Positions 1 to 6,478 of a DNA stretch of 17,195 nt are shown piece after piece (position 1 is the stretch's first letter; each line of letters begins with the position of its first letter). The DNA comes from Thermoproteaceae archaeon (lineage in GTDB: Archaea > Thermoproteota > Thermoprotei > Thermoproteales > Thermoproteaceae). The stretch spans positions 1-17,195 of the forward strand of contig JAJHRB010000033.1 in assembly GCA_020833025.1 (NCBI GenBank), given 5' to 3'. The translations under genes and the position numbers were made by a program. The notes beneath the pieces were generated by a model. It was not told the DNA's origin. It saw only the letters and a list, made by a program, of their open reading frames with translations, and ran no database searches.

Positions 1-5
1 AGGTC

Positions 6-773
6 GTGGCGGGGGGCGTGAAGTACGCCGTCAGGGCCGTCACGCTCCTTGACGCCGCGGGCAGGCCCGTGGCGCGCGTGAGCGAGGCGCCGGCGTACGC
101 GAGGGTGCACTACGAGGTCTACCGCGCACTGTCGTGGCGCGTGCTCGAAAACGCCTCGACCGCGTGGCTGAGGCCCGGCGAGCGCGCGCTCCTGAGGGCG
201 CCGCCGCTCGCCGACCTCGGCAACGGCACGAGGCTGGCCTTCCGCGCGTGGAGCACGGGCGAGAGGCAGCCCGAGGTGCTGGCGGGCCCCGGGCACTACG
301 AGGCGCTCTACGACGTCTACTACGCGGTGTCCTGGAGCGCGACGAACTTCAGCCTCGTGCAGTGGGCCCCGCGCGGGGCGCCGGTCAGGCCGCCGCCGGT
401 CTCCAGGGTCTACGACGACGGAATGACGAGAGTCTACGTGGCGGGCTGGCGGCTGGAGGGCGCCGAGGTGCAGTTCCCCGTCGCGGCAGACAGGCCGCTG
501 AACTTCACGGCGGCCGAGCGGCGGGAGTTCCGCGTGGTCCTCGTGGACTGGAACGATAGGAGGGAGGCGTGGATGGCAGAGGGCGCCGAGCTGGACCAGA
601 CGCCGAGGAGGAAGTGGTTCCTCTGGTACTTCTCGCACTGGGAGCCAATGCCGCTCGTGGCCGGCCCCGGCACCTACACGGCGGTGTACCGCCTCGACGC
701 AGGGACGGTCGCCGCGCTGGCCGCGGCGGCGGCGGCAGCGCTCGCCGTCCACGCAATACTGAGGAGGAGGTAG
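6..773 (+). CDS. Cell-surface/secreted protein, C-terminal part (probably 5'-partial), with C-terminal membrane anchor
   Basis: The frame is open to the window edge. It carries a 'LGNGTRLAFRAW' repeat-like motif of the kind seen in crenarchaeal surface proteins, N-glycosylation sequons (NAS, NGT, NFS, NFT), and ends in a hydrophobic helix plus RRR. Confidence 0.65.
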   Translation: MAGGVKYAVRAVTLLDAAGRPVARVSEAPAYARVHYEVYRALSWRVLENASTAWLRPGERALLRAPPLADLGNGTRLAFRAWSTGERQPEVLAGPGHYEALYDVYYAVSWSATNFSLVQWAPRGAPVRPPPVSRVYDDGMTRVYVAGWRLEGAEVQFPVAADRPLNFTAAERREFRVVLVDWNDRREAWMAEGAELDQTPRRKWFLWYFSHWEPMPLVAGPGTYTAVYRLDAGTVAALAAAAAAALAVHAILRRR

Positions 774-774
774 C

Positions 775-807
775 GGTTCGCAATAACCCACCCCCTTTTT
801 CCCGGCC
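775..807 (+). promoter_or_regulatory. GGTT(-33) leaderless-type promoter motif for pilin 1
   Basis: GGTT at 775, CC|GTG at 808; member of the recurrent motif. Confidence 0.55.
791..800 (+). terminator. C-rich/oligo-T terminator-like tract
   Basis: CCCCCTTTTT 18 nt after the stop at 773; the motif recurs after stops. Confidence 0.45.
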
Positions 808-1212
808 GTGCGGGGCCTATCGACTGCGGCCTCCGCGGCGCTGATGCTGGCGCTGTCGGTGGCGATAGCGGTGGCGCTGTGGTGGGTGGCAGGGGGCATA
901 GTCGCCAGCACGCCGGCGCCGAGGGTGCAGCTCGACGCGTACAACAGCAAGGTCTTCGGCACGACGGCCAGGGTCGTGCTGAAGTTCGGCGAGAACGTCA
1001 AGTCCATCGACCAGATGCAGATACTGGACCAGACCGGCGCCGCGCTGGCGTCGTGCACCGCGTCGGGCGGCCCGTTCCAGGCGGGCTACAGCTACGAGTT
1101 CACGTGCAGCGGCCAGAGCGTGATCGGCGGCACGAGGCTGGTCGTGCGCGTCGCCTACACGGCGGCAGACGGCTCCAAGAAGGTCGCGAACCTGGAGTGG
1201 GCGCTGGGCTAG
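808..1212 (+). CDS. Archaeal type IV pilin (class III signal peptide), paralog 1
   Basis: MRG|LSTAASAALMLALSVAIAVALWWV: basic-Gly cleavage site followed by a hydrophobic helix. Globular beta-rich domain with a Cys pair; clearly paralogous to 1274-1696. Confidence 0.8.
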   Translation: MRGLSTAASAALMLALSVAIAVALWWVAGGIVASTPAPRVQLDAYNSKVFGTTARVVLKFGENVKSIDQMQILDQTGAALASCTASGGPFQAGYSYEFTCSGQSVIGGTRLVVRVAYTAADGSKKVANLEWALG

Positions 1213-1230
1213 CCTAGCCTAGGGAAAAAT

Positions 1231-1241
1231 CCCCCCTTTTT
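1231..1241 (+). terminator. C6T5 terminator-like tract abutting next promoter
   Basis: CCCCCCTTTTT directly followed by GGTT; the same 15-mer occurs at 9450-9464. Confidence 0.45.
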
Positions 1242-1273
1242 GGTTCCCCTTCTCGCCCGCCTCCCTTCCGGGC
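1242..1273 (+). promoter_or_regulatory. GGTT(-32) promoter motif for pilin 2
   Basis: GGTT at 1242, GTG at 1274. Confidence 0.55.
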
Positions 1274-1696
1274 GTGCGGGGCATCTCCCAGGCCGCCAGC
1301 GCGGCGCTCCTCCTCGCCCTCGCGGCGGCAGTCGCCATGGCGCTGTACCTCGCGCTCAGCGGCATGATAGCGTCCGCGCCCGTCCCGAGGGTGCAGCTCG
1401 ACCCCTACAACACCTACGTGGTGGGAAGCAAGATGTACGTCACCGTTAAGTTCGGCGCCGCCGTGGAGTCAATTGACCTCTCCGGCGTGGCCGTGCTGAA
1501 AAGCGACGGCGCCAACGTCGCGAGGAGCTGCACTTACGCCAACGGGTCGAGGCAGCCGCCCTTCATGCCCGGCGACTCCACCACGCTGGAGTGCTCGCTC
1601 TCCGGCGACCCCGGCCACCGCGTCGTCGTGAGGCTGCCCGTCATAATGCCGCGGGGCGCCAGGGCCGTCGCGCTGCTGGAGTACGTCAGGGGCTGA
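1274..1696 (+). CDS. Archaeal type IV pilin (class III signal peptide), paralog 2
   Basis: MRG|ISQAASAALLLALAAAVAMALYL; shares PRVQLDxYNxxVxG...KFGxxVxSID with pilin 1; Cys pair. Confidence 0.8.
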   Translation: MRGISQAASAALLLALAAAVAMALYLALSGMIASAPVPRVQLDPYNTYVVGSKMYVTVKFGAAVESIDLSGVAVLKSDGANVARSCTYANGSRQPPFMPGDSTTLECSLSGDPGHRVVVRLPVIMPRGARAVALLEYVRG

Positions 1697-1728
1697 TTCC
1701 AAAAGCGCACCCCCCTTTTCGGGCGCCC
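1695..1728 (+). promoter_or_regulatory. Variant (GATT, -34) promoter motif with embedded C6T4 tract
   Basis: GATTCCAAAA at 1695, CC|GTG at 1729. Confidence 0.4.
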
Positions 1729-2724
1729 GTGGTGCTCGACGCGGTCGCGCTGATAGTCCACTACCGCACCTCCAGCACCGAGGCCGCGCTCAAGGCGCTG
1801 GGGAGCCCCGAGGCGAGAAGGACGGCGGTCGCGCTGCGGCTGCGGCGCAGGAGGGGCACGCTCCTCTACCGCATCGCCGAGAGGGCGCTCTTCATGGAGG
1901 CAATGGGCGTGGACAGGAGGGTGGCGACGGAGCTCCTGGCAAGCGAGCTCAGGCTGAGGCTGGAGGACGAGCTCAGGAGGGCGAGGGAGCTCTACAACTT
2001 CGCGGTCTTCGCCGCGTCGATGGCGGTCTTCACCGCGCTGGTAGTCGGCGTGTTCCTCGCGCCGCTCTCGCCCGAGGCCGCCAGCCTGGCGTCCCTCGTG
2101 GCGGCGCTGGAGGCGGTGCCGCTGGCCGCGGTCGAGCGCCTCTGCCCGCCCGCGCGGCGGTGGAACTACGGGCTGGCGGCGGCGGCCATGGCGCCTGCCG
2201 CCCTCTCCCTCGCCGAGCCCTGGCTCTCGCTCCTGACCGTGCCGGCGGCCGCCCTCTACGGCGTCTACTACGCCCGCAGGCTGAGGGAGGCTGGGGAGGA
2301 GCTGGCGATGGCCATGAGGGGGCAGCTGACGCACGCCGAGACGGACACGGCCAGGCAGGCCGCCGAGATAATGAGGGCGGTGAGGACCTCCGGCGCCTAC
2401 GACCTGATGGCCGCCGCGGAGTACATGATGAGGGTGGCCGAGGCCCACATGAGCTCGCTGAGGAGGGAGGGGCTGATGAGGGCGCTCGTGATAGTCTCGC
2501 TGGTAATAATCGCCGCGGCGGCCGCCGCGTCGTTCTGGCCGCAGCTGGCGTACATGGCCGAGCAGGTCAAGGGGGGCCCGCTCAAGCTCTACGTCGTCAG
2601 CGTGAGGCCCGCGATCGGGGCGCTGGCGCTTGTATCAGCCGCCGTCGCCGGCAGGCTGACGGAGTCCTACGCCGCGGCGCCGCTCTACTCGCCGCTGGCG
2701 ATCGCCCAGCTCTTCGTGCCGTGA
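1729..2724 (+). CDS. Polytopic membrane protein, TadC/FlaJ (T2SS F)-like pilus platform; 331 aa
   Basis: Start reassigned from 1591 to GTG 1729 (removes the overlap with pilin 2 and fits the promoter motif). Two helical soluble segments are each followed by TM helices. It lies among pilins and upstream of the assembly ATPase. Confidence 0.55.
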   Translation: MVLDAVALIVHYRTSSTEAALKALGSPEARRTAVALRLRRRRGTLLYRIAERALFMEAMGVDRRVATELLASELRLRLEDELRRARELYNFAVFAASMAVFTALVVGVFLAPLSPEAASLASLVAALEAVPLAAVERLCPPARRWNYGLAAAAMAPAALSLAEPWLSLLTVPAAALYGVYYARRLREAGEELAMAMRGQLTHAETDTARQAAEIMRAVRTSGAYDLMAAAEYMMRVAEAHMSSLRREGLMRALVIVSLVIIAAAAAASFWPQLAYMAEQVKGGPLKLYVVSVRPAIGALALVSAAVAGRLTESYAAAPLYSPLAIAQLFVP

Positions 2725-2942
2725 ACGCGATAGTCCTCGCCCTGCTCCTCGCGGCGCTGGCCGTGGCGCTGGCGTACTACTACTTCGCGTCTGCCGTCGA
2801 GGCCGCGTCGAGGCCGCCGCAGGAGCCGTCGGTCCTCTGCGCCGTGGCGGCGGCCAGGGGCCTCTGGACGCCGAACGCGACCGGCCCGTGCGTCCTCGAC
2901 AACGAGACGGGCGCGGTGATCTACCTCTCCCCGAGCCGCTAG
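2721..2942 (+). CDS. Small single-TM protein, putative minor pilin-like; 73 aa
   Basis: GTGA overlap with the upstream stop; MNAIVLALLLAALAVALAYYYF helix; Cys pair; NAT/NET sequons. It is the 3' part of track ORF 2160..2942. Confidence 0.6.
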   Translation: MNAIVLALLLAALAVALAYYYFASAVEAASRPPQEPSVLCAVAAARGLWTPNATGPCVLDNETGAVIYLSPSR

Positions 2943-2955
2943 AGCCGCCAGCCCC

Positions 2956-2987
2956 GGTTTAACGTCGCCTTTTTCGCGCCCCCGCCC
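2956..2987 (+). promoter_or_regulatory. GGTT(-32) promoter motif
   Basis: GGTTTAAC at 2956, CC|GTG at 2988; CCTTTTT embedded at 2968-2974. Confidence 0.55.
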
Positions 2988-3278
2988 GTGCGGGGGATAG
3001 CGACGCTTCCCGTCGCGCTCGCAGTGGTGATAATCGCCGCCGCCGCGGCCTACCTGGCCTACCAGTGGCACTACGCGCAGCAGAAGGCGGCGGAGAGGGC
3101 CGCGCTCCTCGCCGCGAAGCTGAACGAGGAGCAGCAGCGCTGCCTCTCTGCGGTTGTCTCCGTCGCGGGGAACGCCACGGTCGTGGCGGTGGGAGGGGAG
3201 GCGCACGCCGGCAACTACACGGGCCTCGGCTGCTACGTTGACAGGGACGTCGTCATTCTGGTGCAATGGAGGAGGTAA
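2988..3278 (+). CDS. Putative minor type IV pilin (class III signal peptide)
   Basis: MRG|IATLPVALAVVIIAAAAAYLAY; Cys pair; NAT/NYT sequons. Confidence 0.7.
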   Translation: MRGIATLPVALAVVIIAAAAAYLAYQWHYAQQKAAERAALLAAKLNEEQQRCLSAVVSVAGNATVVAVGGEAHAGNYTGLGCYVDRDVVILVQWRR

Positions 3279-3715
3279 TAATCCTCGCGCTCTCGCTCCC
3301 GCTGGCGCTTGCCGTCATCGCGGTCGTGGGCCACGCCGTGCTGCCGGCGCTGGCCGGCGCGGCCGCCACGGCGGCCGAGTACGCGGAGCTGCGCGACGCG
3401 CCCGTGGTGCTGGTGTCCCTGGGCGGGAGGTCCGTCGCCGTCTGCGTGAACTCCACCGCGCCCAGGGCGGCTCTCGTCCACGACTGCCACGGCGGGCTCT
3501 GCCACGCGCGCGAGGCGAGGCGCGGCTGCCGCGTCAACCCCGGCGGGCTCTGCGCCGAGGGGGAGCCCGGGGGCAGGGCCGAGGGGCGGCGCGGCTGGCC
3601 CTACTGCGAGTGGTACCTCGGGCGCTACAGGGTGGGAGACGTCGTGGCGTTCGAGCTGCGGGGGGAGAGGGCCAGGGTCTTCAAGAACTACACCGTCAGG
3701 GAGCTGAGGCGCTAG
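3266..3715 (+). CDS. Single-TM, Cys-rich exported protein, putative minor pilin/accessory
   Basis: N-terminal hydrophobic helix, six Cys, overlaps the upstream gene, located in the pilus cluster. Confidence 0.55.
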   Translation: MEEVIILALSLPLALAVIAVVGHAVLPALAGAAATAAEYAELRDAPVVLVSLGGRSVAVCVNSTAPRAALVHDCHGGLCHAREARRGCRVNPGGLCAEGEPGGRAEGRRGWPYCEWYLGRYRVGDVVAFELRGERARVFKNYTVRELRR

Positions 3716-3717
3716 CC

Positions 3718-3752
3718 CGTTCCAAAACCAAAAGCGCCCCTTTTTCCCTCCC
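3718..3752 (+). promoter_or_regulatory. Variant (CGTT, -35) promoter motif
   Basis: CGTTCCAAAA at 3718, CC|GTG at 3753. Confidence 0.4.
3737..3745 (+). terminator. C4T5 terminator-like tract
   Basis: CCCCTTTTT 22 nt after the stop at 3715. Confidence 0.4.
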
Positions 3753-5165
3753 GTGAGGCTTCTGGCCGAGCTCCTCGGGCTGGGCCCCGCGAGGAGGCCG
3801 CGCGGCACTGCCTCCAGCAGGCTGTTCCTCTCCGCCGGCACGCCCACGGCGGAGTACGTTGACGTGGAGGAGGTCGAGTGGCTGGGCGTCAAGACGTCAA
3901 TTTACGTCACGGCGATGAGGACGGTCTACGTCATCGACGAGGTCGAGCTGCCCAGGGAGGCGCTGGAGGGGCTGGACGACAGGACCGCGTACTCCGCGCT
4001 CTCGCGCGCAGAGGCCGAGATGGCCAGGAGGGGCGTGGATCCCTACGCGAGCCCCAAGGAGGCCGTCGCGATAATCGAGGGGAAGCTGAGGGGGAGGCTC
4101 AGGGAGCGCGCGGGCGCGGCCGCCGCGCTCCTCTACCGCTGGTACTACGCCTACGGCACGATAACGCCGCTGCTGCTGAGCCGCCGGCTGGGCATAACCG
4201 ACGTGCTGGTGACGCTGGCGGGCAACTACGTCGAGGTGGAGTCGCACAGATACGGCGCGGGCCTGGCGACGAACCTGGAGCTCGCGGACGGGGACAGGGA
4301 GCACCTCCGCGACGTGATCTCCAGGCGCGTGGTCCCGCTCTCCGCCGCCAGGCCCTTCGCGTCCCGCTACGACGAGCAGCTCCAGGTGCGCGTCACGGCG
4401 ATAGTGCCGGACGTGGCGCCCCGGCCGGCCTACGCCTTCCGCGTGATGAACGTGACGTGGACGGCGCCGCTGTTTGTCGCGATGGGCGGCGCGGAGCCGT
4501 GGCAGATGGCCTACCTCTGCGCCCAGTGGAGGAGGTACAGGCACGTGCTGGCAGTGGGCACGCCCGGCAGCGGGAAGACCTCGCTGATAAACGCCGTGCT
4601 CTCGTGCACGCAGACGAAGAGGCGCCTGGCGATAATACAGTCCGTGCCGGAGCTGAGGGTGCCGCAGGCCTCCTTCATCGCCACCGAGCGCCACGCCTTC
4701 GGCGCGGGGATATCGGAGGTGCTGATGGCAGACCTCGTGCAGAAGTTCGGGCTGCGCGCAAACTCCGACGTGGGGATAAACGAGCTGCTGACAGAGGCGG
4801 ACACCAGGGCGTTCGTCACTGTTGCCTTCGCGGGCTTCGGCGCCGCGGCCACGCTGCACGCGACCGACGTGCAGGAGGTCCTGCTGAGGCTCAGGAGGCT
4901 CGGGGTGAGCGAGGCGGAGCTGGAGGCGCTGCTCCCCAGGCTCTACATACCCGTGATGAGGAGGGAGGTGACCGAGAGGGGGGTGAGGCGCCGCGTCGCG
5001 GCCATATACGCGCCGAGGGACGGCAGGCACGAGCCCGTGACGGAGGGGGAGGCGCTGGAGGACCCCGAGGTGAGGGAGTGGGCGAGAATAATCGCCGAGG
5101 CGGCGAGGTCGCCGGCGCTCTGGAGCCCCGAGGCGTGGGTCTCGTACCTCAGGCAGTTCGACTAG
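3753..5165 (+). CDS. Type II/IV secretion ATPase (TadA/VirB11/FlaI-like), pilus assembly ATPase
   Basis: Walker A GTPGSGKT; Asp-box-like IIQSVPEL; LRANSDVGINE (Walker B region); TLHA His-box; preceding N-domain 'DVLVTLAGNYVEVE...' typical of this family. Confidence 0.8.
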   Translation: MRLLAELLGLGPARRPRGTASSRLFLSAGTPTAEYVDVEEVEWLGVKTSIYVTAMRTVYVIDEVELPREALEGLDDRTAYSALSRAEAEMARRGVDPYASPKEAVAIIEGKLRGRLRERAGAAAALLYRWYYAYGTITPLLLSRRLGITDVLVTLAGNYVEVESHRYGAGLATNLELADGDREHLRDVISRRVVPLSAARPFASRYDEQLQVRVTAIVPDVAPRPAYAFRVMNVTWTAPLFVAMGGAEPWQMAYLCAQWRRYRHVLAVGTPGSGKTSLINAVLSCTQTKRRLAIIQSVPELRVPQASFIATERHAFGAGISEVLMADLVQKFGLRANSDVGINELLTEADTRAFVTVAFAGFGAAATLHATDVQEVLLRLRRLGVSEAELEALLPRLYIPVMRREVTERGVRRRVAAIYAPRDGRHEPVTEGEALEDPEVREWARIIAEAARSPALWSPEAWVSYLRQFD

Positions 5166-5166
5166 C

Positions 5167-5198
5167 CGTTGCTAATCTCTCCCCGCGCGCCGGCCTCC
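5167..5198 (+). promoter_or_regulatory. Variant (CGTT, -32) promoter motif
   Basis: CGTTGCTAAT at 5167, CC|ATG at 5199. Confidence 0.5.
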
Positions 5199-5480
5199 AT
5201 GCCCAGGCAGCTGGTCCCCGGCCAGGCGCAGAGGGAGGAGGCGCCAGCGCAGCAGCCCCAGCGCCCGCCGGCGCCGGCCGTCCTCGACCTCGAGCCCTAC
5301 CTGAGGGTCTACGCGGAGTGCAAGAGGCGCTCCTACGACTGCAAGCCCGTCGTCCAGCTGATCGCGGACCAGATACGCGACCACGTGAGGGCGGCGGTGA
5401 TGCTGGAGCTGCAGCGCCTCGGCCTCGACAAGTCAATCATCCAGGACCTCAAGCAGATATGCATAGACCTGGAGGCGTGA
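5199..5480 (+). CDS. Hypothetical protein, 93 aa (Gln/Pro-rich N-terminus, helical C-terminus)
   Basis: ATG 5199 fits the promoter motif; the stop overlaps the next GTG. Confidence 0.6.
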   Translation: MPRQLVPGQAQREEAPAQQPQRPPAPAVLDLEPYLRVYAECKRRSYDCKPVVQLIADQIRDHVRAAVMLELQRLGLDKSIIQDLKQICIDLEA

Positions 5481-5737
5481 AGATCGAGAGGGAGCTGAAG
5501 AGGCGCGGGGAGGACGTAGAGCCCGAAAAGCGCCGCCTCCCAAAGACGAGGAAGGCCTTCGAGAGGCTGCTCAAGTCGCTGGCTAAGAAGTACGGCCAGC
5601 CGTACTACGTCGTGAGGAACACGGTGCAGCAGTACGGCATAACGTACACGCTGAGGGCGCTTGAGGTGACCCCGCCGCGCGAGTCAACGCTCTCCAGGCT
5701 CCTCAAGAGGCTGAGGGGGGCATGGTCTCGAAGGTAA
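5477..5737 (+). CDS. Small basic hypothetical protein, 86 aa, possibly DNA-binding
   Basis: GTGA overlap with the upstream stop, GGAGG upstream; K/R-rich (MKIERELKRRGEDVEPEKRRLPKTRK...). It is the 3' end of track ORF 3878..5737. Confidence 0.6.
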   Translation: MKIERELKRRGEDVEPEKRRLPKTRKAFERLLKSLAKKYGQPYYVVRNTVQQYGITYTLRALEVTPPRESTLSRLLKRLRGAWSRR

Positions 5738-6444
5738 TAGCCGCCGTCAGCAACAAGGGGGGCGTCGGGAAGACCACCGTGCTGGCGAGCATTGCCTTCG
5801 CGCTCGCCAAGGAAACCAGGTTCCGCGCCGTCTTTGTCGACGTGACGCCGGACGCCGCCGGCTCGGCGATGCTGGCGCCCGGCTGCCACGTCCGCTTCGG
5901 CACGTACGCGTACCTCTCCGGCGTTGACGCGATAGAGATGTGCACGCAGGAGGCAGACGGCGCCCTCGCCGACACCCTGCCCCCGGGCCCCGCGCCGCCG
6001 GGCGCCAGGCTGAGGGGAGACAGGCTGGTGAGCCTGCTGGAGATGCTGAGGGCGGAGTACAACATCGCGCTCGTGGACCTCCCCGGCGCCGACGAGGCCC
6101 ACAGCGACGTCATCGCCGCGGCCGTGAGAGCGGCGGACATGTACCTCCTCGTCGCGGAGCCCGCCAGCGTGAACGTGGCCCACGGCCTCAGGCAGAGACT
6201 GCCGCAGGACAGGCCCGTCGTCGCCGTCCTCAACAAGTTCGTTGACGGCGCGCCGGGAAAGCACGAGATAGAGGCGATGGGAACCAGCAAGTTCGGCAAG
6301 TTCGCCTACGTGATACCCTTCGAGGGCCCCGTCCACAACGCCGTCGTGCAGAGAAAGCTGCCAGTCCTGGTCAAGGGGGCCAGGCTCGTGGAGGTCGTGG
6401 ACCGCATTGCGGCAGACCTCCAGCGCCTAATACTCCACGTCTAG
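5722..6444 (+). CDS. parA: ParA/MinD-family ATPase
   Basis: Deviant Walker A KGGVGKTT near the N-terminus; VFVDVTPD; IALVDLPG; VVAVLNK; C-terminal IPFE...AVVQRKLP. Confidence 0.8.
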   Translation: MVSKVIAAVSNKGGVGKTTVLASIAFALAKETRFRAVFVDVTPDAAGSAMLAPGCHVRFGTYAYLSGVDAIEMCTQEADGALADTLPPGPAPPGARLRGDRLVSLLEMLRAEYNIALVDLPGADEAHSDVIAAAVRAADMYLLVAEPASVNVAHGLRQRLPQDRPVVAVLNKFVDGAPGKHEIEAMGTSKFGKFAYVIPFEGPVHNAVVQRKLPVLVKGARLVEVVDRIAADLQRLILHV

Positions 6445-6446
6445 GC

Positions 6447-6478
6447 GGTTTCCCAGGGCCCTCCCCGCGGCGCCGGCC
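6447..6478 (+). promoter_or_regulatory. GGTT(-32) promoter motif
   Basis: GGTT at 6447, CC|GTG at 6479. Confidence 0.55.

Noticed and set aside
1209-1222. CTAGC CTAGC CTAG tandem giving TAG stops in all three frames
   Set aside because: It is too short to distinguish from a chance slippage duplication at the stop codon.
808-3278. Pilins as VirB2/CedA1/TedC-type conjugative pilins; absence of Glu at +5 as a novelty
   Set aside because: They have class III (type IV pilin) signal peptides and globular domains, and many archaeal pilins lack Glu+5.
3266-3715. Cys/His-rich protein as a c-type cytochrome
   Set aside because: There is no CxxCH motif.
3878-5476. Long alternative-frame ORFs (e.g. 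3878..5737 +, 7298..8434 -, 3897..5030 -, 1534..2448 -, 11397..12311 -, 15094..15924 -)
   Set aside because: These are Arg/Gly/Pro/Ala-rich shadow ORFs expected at high GC, overlapping genes with clear motifs. Only the 3' end 5477-5737 is kept as a real gene.
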